64,000 bases of DNA. It comes from Zancudomyces culisetae HAW-14-8 (lineage: Eukaryota; Fungi; Kickxellomycota). This document shows, one piece after another, positions 10,795-21,000 of this stretch. The translations under genes and the position numbers were made by a program. The DNA lies in assembly GCA_052426225.1 (NCBI GenBank), contig JBNJNM010000010.1:1178001-1242000 (forward strand), in the 5' to 3' direction. The notes under the pieces are model-generated. The model ran no database searches. It was given only the letters and a program-made list of their open reading frames with translations, and was not told the DNA's origin. Position 1 is the stretch's first letter. Every line of letters begins with the position of its first letter.

Positions 10795-13700
10795 ATGATT
10801 ACTCCAAAAACATTTGAATCAGATAAAGGTACTAATCCCGAGGACTGGGCGGAAAATTATCGTTTGGTGGCAAAACAGAACAGTTGGGAAGAACAGGATT
10901 GGATTGATCTCGTGAAGTTATACCTTGGCAAGAAGGAAGCCATTTGGTATAAGAAGAATAAAGGTTTATTCACAGATTGGGATACGTTCAGTAAGCTGTT
11001 TATTGAAAAGTTTAGAGCCAAAGAAACCAAGAGTCAAATATGGGATAAGTTAAGAACAATTAAACACTCCGACTATAACAGTATTGAAGAGCTTGAATAT
11101 GAGCTGGAGCTTTTATGCGAAAAAGCAGGAATTGTTAAAGATGAGATTAAGTTGGACTTACTAGTTAGTACTTTGAAGGATGAGTTTAAAGAGAAACTCG
11201 AAGAATCTGGTTACAAGAATTGGGACAAAGTAATTAAGTACATATCCAATCTTGAAAGGGCTGAGCAAGGAATATATAGGAAGACAGAAGGAAAAGAAAG
11301 AGTTACTAAGTTCAAAGAAATTACCAGGAATGCAGCAAGTAAACAGGGTAGGGCAATAAAGGATATGTCCAAGGACAAGGAACCCTATGCAGCCATGATC
11401 AGGAAATTTGAAGAACTAAGTGTAAATTTATTAGCGAAAGTAGATGAAGTTGTTGAAAAGAAACTAAAAACTTACAATTTAGGTTCTGCACAGGTTTACA
11501 AGTGTTATTTCTGCCATGAAGATGGTCACAGAAAATTTGAATGCAAAAAGTGGAAATCGTTGCAAAATGACGAACAAAGTGTTAAAACAGGAACAAATGT
11601 AAACTATATTGAATTGGTAAGAACAGAGGATTGTCAAGGCCAAGAATTATTTGCAGTTGAAAAAAGAAAAAGTGATTTTAGAGATATAACTTCAGAAAAA
11701 AGAGCTAATAAAAGAATAAATACAGCAGCAACACCTTTAGATAGTTCTGAAAGTACCAATACTTCAGATATCAATAAAGAAGTAGAAAAATTAAATGAAA
11801 ATACTCCATTAAAAGCTCAAGTGTATAAGAGATACATAAATAAGATAACTGATGGTACAAAAAAGTTTTCATTAAAAGAAGAGTTGGATAAAATATATCC
11901 AAAGATAAGTTTGATACAATTGTTAAACAGTTCACCTGGTTTAACTGCAGAGCTGGTTAGTATATGTGATAAATCTAATACAGCTGAGATAAATGAAATA
12001 CAACTTCAACCTAAAAAAGTAACAAACTGTAAAGCTCAAGTACAAATATTTGGTCAAAATATATTAGCAGTGGTAGATACAGGAGCAGCGTGCTCAGTAG
12101 TATCTAGTAGTATGGTTGAAGATTGGGGGTTGAATGTTGATGAAAATATCAACCAAGTTATAGTTACCGCTGATGGTAAAAGACATGCAGCATTGGGAAA
12201 AGTTAACAAGATACCTGTTAAGATTGCTTCTTACATATTTCCTGCTAATCTAATAGTTATGAACAAAAATGATGGTACTCTGATATTAGGTACAGATTGG
12301 TTAATACAGCATAAAGCATCTATAAACTTAAAAATACCTGAGATAAGATTCCCAATCGAAAATGCTGAAGTCATCACCAGGCTTGTTACATCAAATATAT
12401 CTATTGAAGAAGAGTCTGAAATATATTTAATGATTAAAGAAAAGCCAAAAGGAATAAAAGAAATACAAAATACGAGTATACAAAAAGTACTTGAAGAATA
12501 TAACGAACTTTTTGTAGAGGATATTTCTGAGTTACAACAAACGAATGTATCTGAACACAGAATAGAGGTGACTGAAAACACACCTATCAAATTAAGACCA
12601 TACCGGATTCCGTACAGATTGCAGGAAAATGTCGAAGTCGAGTTACAGAAAATGTTGCAACAAGGAATAATCGAACCTAGTAATGCCGAGTGGTGCTCAC
12701 CGGTAGTTATTGTACACAAAAAAGATGGAAAATTAAGAGTATGCGCAGATTACAGACAACTAAATAAAATAACAAAAAAGGACTGCTATCCCTTACCGGT
12801 TATACAAGATCTGTTTATGGCACTATCTGGATCAGCAATATTTAGTTCACTTGATGCGTTAAGCGGGTTCTGGCAAATACGCATGAGTGAACACGACAAG
12901 GATAAAACTACGTTTGCACTTCCAGGAAGCGGTAGTTATCGCTATAACGTTATGCCTTTCGGTTTAACGAATAGTCCGGCTACCTTTCAGAGAACAATGG
13001 AGATGGTGTTGAAACCAGTTTTATGGAAAAAGGCGGTAGTATTTATTGATGATATTATAGTATATTCACGTACAGAAGATGAACATGCTGAAGATTTAAA
13101 AGATGTATTAAATTTATTAAAAATTCATAAAATTCAATTACATAAAAACAAATGCAGTATAGGACATAGGGAAATCGAGTACTTAGGACATACGATATCG
13201 GATAAAGGAATAGGTACGAGTCCAAAAAAGATCGAAGCAATTCAAAATGTGAAAACACCAAAGTCAATTAAAGAAATACAATCACTGTTAGGGTTAACAG
13301 GATACTATAGAAAATATATACCCAGTTACGCAAAAGTTGCGAGCCCTATCACAAAGTTATTAAAAAAGAACGAGAAATGGGATTGGGGAGAAAAGCAGGA
13401 TAAAGCAGTAGAAGACTTAAAAGAACTACTTACAACAGCCCCGATATTAGGACACCCCGACTGGCAAAAAGAATTTGTTATAACAACGGATGCTTCTATA
13501 TTAGGAATTGGTGCGGTTTTATCACAGGGAGAAAAGGGATCTGAAGTGGTTATTGAATTCGCTAGCAGAACAACTAACAGTGCAGAAAAAAATTATTCAA
13601 TATCACATTTAGAAGCTCTTGCCGTGGTATGGGCTGTGAAAAAATTCAAGTATTATGTTTGGGGAAGAAAATTTAAAATCAGAACAGATCACAAATCATT

Positions 13701-15177
13701 GATACAAATTTTTAATGGACCAGAAATAACAGGTAGGATCGCTAGATGGGCGATGATTTTAAGAAATTATGATTTCGAAATAGAACACCTTCCTGGTAAG
13801 TTTAATCCCGCAGATGGATTATCAAGATTAGTAGATAATGTGCACGAGAATAACAACGAACTGGATGTGTTTGCGATGGAATATGTTGAATACGATGCAG
13901 TTAGACAATATTTAGCGGATTTATCTTATCCTAGTAATAGTAGCGAACAATACAGAAAAAAAATAAGAAATAAATCGCGCCAATATCGTTTAAAAAACGG
14001 AAAGTTATTTAAAAGAGTAAAAAATATTTTAAAGGAAGTATTACATGAGCAAAATGTTAAAGATGTTGTAAATGAAATCCACAATGCTGCACACGAAGGC
14101 ATTGAAAATACGTGGAACAGAGTAAGTGCAATATACTGTGGACATAATTTATATAAAGATGTTTATGAGATAGTGAAGTGCTGCCACATCTGTCAGCTAT
14201 ATAAAGATGGTAGAACGAAAAAGTTTCCACTTGTACCAATCATTGCAAGAAAACCATTCGAAATAATTGGAATGGATGCTATCGGACCTTTCACTCCAGA
14301 AACGACATCAGGAAACCGATTTATTCTTACGGCAATCGATTACTGTACTAAATGGCCGATTGCAGTTCCGGTAAAAAACATTCAAAGCGAAACAATTATC
14401 GACTTCTTAATCAACTATATTATAACTGAATATGGAGTACCTCAAAGAATTATAACGGACAGGGGACCAGGATTTATTAGCGATGCGACAACAGAAGTTT
14501 ACAATTGGTTAGGATTAAGACATGCTCCTACAACACCTTACCGTCCACAGAGTAATGGTCAAGTAGAGAGACTCAATAGGACAGTGGTAAATATATTACA
14601 AAAACAGTGTATGTTGGATAAAAGCAATTGGGATTCACATTTATGGAAAACCATGTTAGTATTAAGAACAATGAAAAATAAATCAACGGGATACTCGCCT
14701 GCAGAAATGCTATATGGAATACAAATGGAAATACCATCAACATGGAAACCTAACGGTACAAACGAAAATGAAGAAGAGGAATTTAAAAACAGAATTCAAC
14801 TAATAAAAGAGGATTTACCACAGATAAGAGAATTAGGAATAAAAGGCTCGGTAAAGGCTAAAAAGTACGATGAAGTAAGATATAATCGTAAAGTAGAGAT
14901 ATATAATTTTAAAATTGGAGATTTTGTTTTGAAGTTGATAGAGTATGAACAGGCTAAGCTAGAAAGAGTTTGGGAGGGACCTTATAAAGTAGAAAACAGA
15001 TTAGATAAAGGAACTTACATAATCAGCGATCAGTTCGGTAACAGAGACTTAGTACACGGCGATATATTAAAGCAATATAATACGAGTACATATATGATAC
15101 CAGAAGTTACGACCACTTTAAAATCCAAACTACGCAGATTCAGGCAGAAAGCGCAGGATGAGGGCATCCACGCTTAA
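10795..15177 (+). CDS. Single-ORF Gag-Pol polyprotein (1460 aa)
   Basis: Zinc knuckle CYFCHEDGHRKFEC, protease VVDTGA, RT motifs (DALSGFWQI, MPFGLTNSPATFQ, FIDD), RNase H (TDAS, LEALAV, TDH, ADGLSR), integrase HHCC plus D,D(35)E (MDAIGP, TDRG, GQVERLN) and GPY motif. No chromodomain seen. Confidence 0.97.
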   Translation: MITPKTFESDKGTNPEDWAENYRLVAKQNSWEEQDWIDLVKLYLGKKEAIWYKKNKGLFTDWDTFSKLFIEKFRAKETKSQIWDKLRTIKHSDYNSIEELEYELELLCEKAGIVKDEIKLDLLVSTLKDEFKEKLEESGYKNWDKVIKYISNLERAEQGIYRKTEGKERVTKFKEITRNAASKQGRAIKDMSKDKEPYAAMIRKFEELSVNLLAKVDEVVEKKLKTYNLGSAQVYKCYFCHEDGHRKFECKKWKSLQNDEQSVKTGTNVNYIELVRTEDCQGQELFAVEKRKSDFRDITSEKRANKRINTAATPLDSSESTNTSDINKEVEKLNENTPLKAQVYKRYINKITDGTKKFSLKEELDKIYPKISLIQLLNSSPGLTAELVSICDKSNTAEINEIQLQPKKVTNCKAQVQIFGQNILAVVDTGAACSVVSSSMVEDWGLNVDENINQVIVTADGKRHAALGKVNKIPVKIASYIFPANLIVMNKNDGTLILGTDWLIQHKASINLKIPEIRFPIENAEVITRLVTSNISIEEESEIYLMIKEKPKGIKEIQNTSIQKVLEEYNELFVEDISELQQTNVSEHRIEVTENTPIKLRPYRIPYRLQENVEVELQKMLQQGIIEPSNAEWCSPVVIVHKKDGKLRVCADYRQLNKITKKDCYPLPVIQDLFMALSGSAIFSSLDALSGFWQIRMSEHDKDKTTFALPGSGSYRYNVMPFGLTNSPATFQRTMEMVLKPVLWKKAVVFIDDIIVYSRTEDEHAEDLKDVLNLLKIHKIQLHKNKCSIGHREIEYLGHTISDKGIGTSPKKIEAIQNVKTPKSIKEIQSLLGLTGYYRKYIPSYAKVASPITKLLKKNEKWDWGEKQDKAVEDLKELLTTAPILGHPDWQKEFVITTDASILGIGAVLSQGEKGSEVVIEFASRTTNSAEKNYSISHLEALAVVWAVKKFKYYVWGRKFKIRTDHKSLIQIFNGPEITGRIARWAMILRNYDFEIEHLPGKFNPADGLSRLVDNVHENNNELDVFAMEYVEYDAVRQYLADLSYPSNSSEQYRKKIRNKSRQYRLKNGKLFKRVKNILKEVLHEQNVKDVVNEIHNAAHEGIENTWNRVSAIYCGHNLYKDVYEIVKCCHICQLYKDGRTKKFPLVPIIARKPFEIIGMDAIGPFTPETTSGNRFILTAIDYCTKWPIAVPVKNIQSETIIDFLINYIITEYGVPQRIITDRGPGFISDATTEVYNWLGLRHAPTTPYRPQSNGQVERLNRTVVNILQKQCMLDKSNWDSHLWKTMLVLRTMKNKSTGYSPAEMLYGIQMEIPSTWKPNGTNENEEEEFKNRIQLIKEDLPQIRELGIKGSVKAKKYDEVRYNRKVEIYNFKIGDFVLKLIEYEQAKLERVWEGPYKVENRLDKGTYIISDQFGNRDLVHGDILKQYNTSTYMIPEVTTTLKSKLRRFRQKAQDEGIHA

Positions 15178-15186
15178 AGAGGAGGG
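15176..15186 (+). other. Polypurine tract
   Basis: AAAGAGGAGGG overlaps the pol stop codon and is followed by TAC and the 3' LTR. Confidence 0.88.
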
Positions 15187-15189
15187 TAC

Positions 15190-15652
15190 TGTCATATAGT
15201 GACATGAACCCTTGGTGATAAACTAATATTATATGTTTATCATCAAGTGAAATAATTAAATTATTAATATACTTTTAGTTTTAGTTTTTTTAGTATTCAA
15301 TGAAACTGATTCATTGATGTTTTTTCTAAGAGTATTAGTTTATTACTCAATTAAATTGTTTCAGTATTAGTTTATTTAGTTAGTATTAGTTCAATAGTTA
15401 GTTATTAGTATATTTATAATACTAGGAAAAGTATTTAAAGGGTTAGTTATTGCATAAGGAAATAAATATCATTCTATCATACAAGCTTTATAGTGGTAAA
15501 TAAATAGTTATGATCAACTACAGATGTTTATATTAAGTTTATAATAGTTTCAACTAAGTTTATAATATATAACAATAATTATACGATACATATTATACAT
15601 ATATAAATAAGAAAAATATAAATAATTATAAGTAAAATTTAATTATACAACA
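15190..15652 (+). repeat. 3' LTR (463 bp)
   Basis: 462/463 identical to the 5' LTR by manual comparison. Confidence 0.97.
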
Positions 15653-15657
15653 AAAAA
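15653..15657. repeat. Target-site duplication AAAAA (partner 10245-10249), length ambiguous
   Basis: Six A on each side of the element (10244-10249 and 15653-15658). The homopolymer prevents exact TSD length assignment. Confidence 0.7.
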
Positions 15658-15660
15658 ATC

Positions 15661-15734
15661 GCTTCCATGGCGCAATTGGTTAGCGCGTCTGACTGTTAAT
15701 CAGGAGGTTGCTAGTTCAAGCCTAGCTGGGAGCG
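15661..15734 (+). tRNA. tRNA-Asn (anticodon GTT), intronless
   Basis: Acceptor GCTTCCA/TGGGAGC plus discriminator G, D arm GCGC-AATTGGTTA-GCGC, anticodon arm TCTGA-CTGTTAA-TCAGG, T arm GCTAG-TTCAAGC-CTAGC. Confidence 0.97.
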
Positions 15735-15738
15735 GTGC

Positions 15739-15749
15739 TTTTTTTTTTT
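15739..15749 (+). terminator. RNA polymerase III oligo-dT terminator
   Basis: T11 run 4 nt after the tRNA discriminator base. Confidence 0.9.
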
Positions 15750-16115
15750 CTGCACTTTTGATTTTCACTTCATCAAGCCACGTATTTTAGCCTTTATCAT
15801 AGTTGAGTATATCTATTTCTCACCAAGTAGTATTTCGATATATCAGTTTCGTTTTACCTAGTTTTATTTATGTATTTTTGTAAAAAAATGTGGTAATCTC
15901 GCTATTTTGGCGTTTTCGTTTTTCCTCATTTAAACTCGAAAACTATTCGTTATGGTTTTTTAAACTCCAGAATAATTTAATGACCAATTTTATTATCCTT
16001 TTCACGTTTACATTTAATATTTAAACCAACTTTTTATTCAACAAATGCAATAAAAACATTTCTATCGAAAACACATAAACAATTCATAGTTATAGTACTT
16101 ATACTTTTTAATGCA

Positions 16116-17676
16116 ATGAGAGAGGCTCCATTATTATTGTACAAAAGCACGACGCTATATCCTTCAGCAATACAGACAGCTCAAGAGGGCGAGTGGTTAT
16201 TGGATTCGATTGTTGGCTTTTATTTCGAGTAAGTTTACATCTCTGCTGAATTGCTTATTTTATAAACAACTTTCTGGGGGTGCTCAGTACTATTTAACAC
16301 GGGTTTATAGCTGATTCCCACAAACAAACCGCATATTTCTTTTTTCAAATCTGGGAAACATAGAATAATCAAAATACTATTATTTGCGGCGAGATAAAAC
16401 AGACTTTTATACTGCTACCGAATGTGACTTTATGAATAAAAAATGATATATAGATACTTGGAAGATATGTTGGATTTGGAAGAAAGTCCATTTCTGTTAT
16501 TCCAGCCTGCAATGGCCCATATGATTGCCCATGCTTCAGGTACTTATTAATTGGTCATTTTCATTCTTTTAATTTTTTTATGTAGCTGTGGATATTTGTG
16601 TTTGCCTTTAAACACAAGACGAGTGTCTTTGTCTGTATCGAATCTGTTTTGAATTGTGGGAATATCTAAATCACAAAGCATTCATTGACGATCGATATTA
16701 AAACATCAATCAAAGTTAAATATAATAACAACAAAATATTGAATGTTCACAATAGATCTGACTAGCGCAAAGGATGCAATGCCTCAAGAAAGTATAAAAA
16801 AAGACTACTTTTTTTTTCCAATCAATAATGGGGATACAGAGAACCTGAGTGGGAGTCATTGGTAAGTTTGAGGTGTAGTCGAGCTTTGACAAAACAATCA
16901 GTATATGGTGTTAACAGCATGTAAATTTCAAACACATATAATCTAATATTATTATCCTGGTTGTAGGTCGCTGCTTGTATATGAGAAAAATCAAAATCGA
17001 TTTAGACACTACGATTCATGCAATAACACGAATTTAAACGCATCAAAAATCATAATAGAACGGATATGTAAAATGTTTGGCCATCCCAAGACCAATTTAA
17101 TTCTGGAAAAGGCAGAGCAGCAAACCAACGATAGCGATTGTGGAGTGTTTGTGATTATGTATACAGAGACTCTGTTGAATAGATTAATTAGTAGAGAGAA
17201 GTATCGAAAAAAGATGACCAAGGGTTACTTCAAGTACAGGTAACTGATTTTTGGTAGTTACAAGTGTACAAAATACAAATGGCATTCGCAAAGAAAGCTG
17301 AGGGTATTTTACCACTATTAAAATACTATTTATTCAATTTATCGATATGTCAATATTACTACATAGCCTGTTCGCTTACCCGTACTTTAGGGATTTTTTC
17401 AGCAAAAAGAGCAAGAAACAAAAGGATAGTTCTGGTAAATCAGCAACGAACAAGATTTCTGAAGAGTTTTACAAAATTATCAAAAGAAAAGAAGGCGAAA
17501 CAGAAAAACAGAAGACTCAGGACAATAATGATGAAAAGGATGACGAATTATGGAGTTTAGAAGAACTACAAGAGGCACCAAATAAGAAACGGCGTGAGCT
17601 AATTGATCTTATAAAACATTTGGCTGTTGACGAAAAGGATCCCGAAAGGGACGACATTTACCAGTATAATATTTGA
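16116..17676 (+). CDS. SENP8: NEDD8-specific protease (SENP8/NEDP1/DEN1, Ulp1-C48 family). Exons approx. 16116-16228, 16454-16539, 16756-16861, 16967-17239, (17368 or 17391)-17676
   Basis: Hand-spliced protein MREAPLLLYKSTTLY...WLLDSIVGFYFEYL...FFPINN...GSHWSLLVY...HYDS...QQTNDSDCGVFV shows the His-Asp-Cys triad and oxyanion Gln. Mostly missed by the ORF track. Confidence 0.88.
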
Positions 17677-18032
17677 TTTGGCTTGATTAGTTTTCTTTTC
17701 CTAAAACTTGTAGTATTGTCGAAAGGCTTCCACGCTCGTATGTTTCTAAAATACACTGGGTGTGTGAAATAGAAGGATGAGTGACCGAGCCACAAATTTT
17801 TGTATTGGTATTGACATTAGTATTAATAGTTGTATTTAATTGGCATTGGTTTAAAAATATGATTTTGAGCTTATATAGGTTAAAATATTCTTGAATAATC
17901 TAAAAGAAATAGCAGAGCTTAAATAGCTAATAAACAAAAGCATAGTTGAAAAATAAAGCGGGAAGCGTAACGCGCTGACCATCTCAAACAACGCCAAACC
18001 CAATTTTTTAGTTTGCCTACACACTAAAAAAG

Positions 18033-21000
18033 TTAGAGTTTTTTGTCGACATTTTTGGTATTCATACTGGAGGGACTGGTGCCCACGCTACGGCTATTGC
18101 TATTATTATTGCTATTGCTTGTTTTATCATTAGGAATCGTAGTGTGCAATAAATTAGCACCGCGTCTCCTAACCATTTCAGCTGCTGAAACAACCACATT
18201 ACCATGGCGATCGACACCTGAATGTTGAGTGTGTTTTGTCTTCCTGGTATGGTGTTCATCGGATAAGGCTTTAGGCTTTCTTGAATTTTCCGCGGTGTTC
18301 TTATTTTGCATGGCCCCAGTATAAGTAGGAGAATGTTTTGTATTCTCACCTCCTTTTGCAAGCGACTTGCTATCTGTAGCGTGCGAACTGGTGTTGGAAA
18401 TATCGTTATCTTTTTCATGAGATGACTTGCCAGTTGGTGATGTAGAAGACGCGGAGGAAACCGAAGAAGAGGAAATGATAGAATGATTTTCAGTATCATG
18501 GGATTGTCGAGTGTATTTTGGCAAACTATCTTCAGGAACGGGCGTATTTGGAGTTGAAACCGAAGGAGTAGGATGATCTAAAAGTCCTAAACTCTTGGCA
18601 AATTCATGCTTGATGTTAGTTACGATACCTTGCAAGGGATTCAGTGCTGATTGTGGATTGACATTTTGAAGAGCCGAAAAGGCTGCAATTTTCTTTGGGC
18701 TGCTATGGCCATTACCATTGACTTTTCGGGCGGAAAAGAAGTTTTCTGATTTGTTGGATGGTATATCGTCATTATAATCATGATCGCTTAACGAGACCTC
18801 AGATCCATAAACACTATAAAGATCATAGCTCGAGTTTGCTCTGCTACTACTACAATACATATTGTAGTAGCCGCGCCTGCGATTATAATTATCAATATGG
18901 CCATCATTGTCCAGAAGCTCCATTATCCAATCGCACAAGTTGTTTGTTGCAGCTTGAGCATCCGCAAAAATAGACCCGATCTGCATAAACCCATGGGACA
19001 TTCCCTCTAACAATTTGACTTTGATTGGGGTGGAGCATATTTGCTCCATATTCTTAATATTCACCTCCCTAACATAGTGGTTAGTCAGTACAGGAGAGAA
19101 CTCGGACTTTTCCGCTAATAGTGCAGCAGTGTCCAAGTCGGCAGTAGGCATTATGGGAGGAAATCCGCTAACCGATGTTGATGTCGGCTCGTGCAGAAGA
19201 CTAGCTCTGGAGGTAACTCGTGACAGCGGTGCCGCAGTATCATCATAGTTCACTAGATTCAAATCCCATAGCCCTTTGTCTTTTGCTCCGCTGATGTTTC
19301 CCTCTTTGGTATCCTGTCTATACTGCTTATTCAGCATATTCTCCTCCTCGAGCGCATATTTAGAAAGCCGGACAAATTCCATCTCCCCGCTCTTCTCGTT
19401 ATTTCTGCCGTCAAACTTTGTCATTTTCAATGATTTTAAAAACATCTCGCGCGAGCTTTTGCTTCCACGGGGCGAATATCCAGAGTCGGAATCACTTACT
19501 TCGGCGCTCGTTGGGTTACTACTACTATCACCAATATAAAACTGAGATCTCATTAACTCAGGATCATCTGTGTACATGATGTCTTTATTCAATCTATCGC
19601 GGCTTTGGGCTTTTCTTTTGCCTTCCCATCTCTGCTTATCGATTTCCTTGTGGTTTTGGAAATTCACCACGCTGCGATAAATTCTTTTTCGATCAGGATG
19701 GATCCTTCCCTCAATATTTAGTAAGACGTTGTTGGAATCTTTGATGTTATGATGGCTAGAAGATGTGTCACTTGTATACGTACTTGCTTTTTCAAATCTA
19801 TGGAAATCACGTGAGTCATTTTCAGCTACAGAACCTTCCTCAAACGATGGTGGCTGTTCGCTAGCAGTATTTTTCTTCAAATCAAGATCCTCCGCTGCAG
19901 CTTTGGTGGTAGAAGTAGCGCTGGAGTTTGCTTTTTCTGGCTGGGTTTTGCTTTCTACCCCGGCATTCTGGGTCATTAATTGCTTCTCAATAACTTGTGC
20001 CCTAACCTTGGCTTTCGCCTCACGAATCCGCCCCGCAAAAATAACAGTATCATCGACTAAAGGGTCCTTCTCACCACACATAAAATATGTATCTGGAAAT
20101 CTCGCAAGCAACTCATCTGGCGCGACTATGGGTGAAAAGTAGTAATCCTTTTGAAAATTTGGAGAGGGGTTGGGTCCAATATAAAGCAACGCCATGGCTC
20201 TCATCATTTCCGGTGAAAGTATCATATCGTTGAAATAAACAAACTTGCTTGTCATAGTGAGACGATAGCTGTTCGAAATGTTGTTGCTGTCAGCATCCAG
20301 AGTTTGTCTGTGGTTTTCATCTCTACTTTTTTTTGAGTGTTGTGACTGAGGTCTTCTAGCCGAGGATTGAAATATATCGTTTATTGGATGTGCCATATTT
20401 GCGTGATTAATTTGATCCTGATCTCCAATTTTAGAAATATCCTCAGAAATTCTTTTTTTATGATACCCTGCCCCTCCTCTCCTTTTAAACTCACCTTTAT
20501 CCTCACTTTCGCCATCATCATCACCTTCACTTTCATCATCATCATCACCCTCATTTTCACTTTCACTTCTACTATCGCTTTCACTATCTCTGTAGTCTGA
20601 CTCGGAGGGTGAATACTCCTCTGGGTTTATATCCTCCTTGACATACCGAATCTTATCTGCAATTTTTCTAGTGTCTTTAGACCACAACGTCGATCGCCTA
20701 GACACTGACTTGTTGTCAAGTTCTAACGGCGAAACGTGATTTAAATGATTTTTAGGCTCTAATATATCAACACCACCATCTTCACCCTTAAAAATTGCAT
20801 TCTTTTTTGCGACAGTAGCAACACCTGTAACCAAATCCATTTCTTTTACTGTCATCCATGACCGAATGTCAAAGTCAAACAAGCCATACACAAAGATAAT
20901 CCCTTTTGGAAGCGGCATCTCCTCCTCTGATTTCAAAATTCTGAACATTACGCTTGCTGAAATGTTTGCTCCTGCTGAATCTCCAACTATAACTATTTCA

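Larger units (their letters stand above)
10250..15652 (+). mobile_element. Full-length Ty3/gypsy (Metaviridae) LTR retrotransposon, 5403 bp, recent insertion
   Basis: Two 463-bp TG...CA LTRs differing at one base, PBS, PPT, an intact gag-PR-RT-RH-IN ORF in gypsy order, and A6 flanks on both sides compatible with a TSD. Confidence 0.98.

Noticed and set aside
13042-13053. RT active site FIDD instead of YxDD
   Set aside because: F-x-D-D is a common functional variant in Ty3/gypsy RTs and not a sign of inactivity or novelty.
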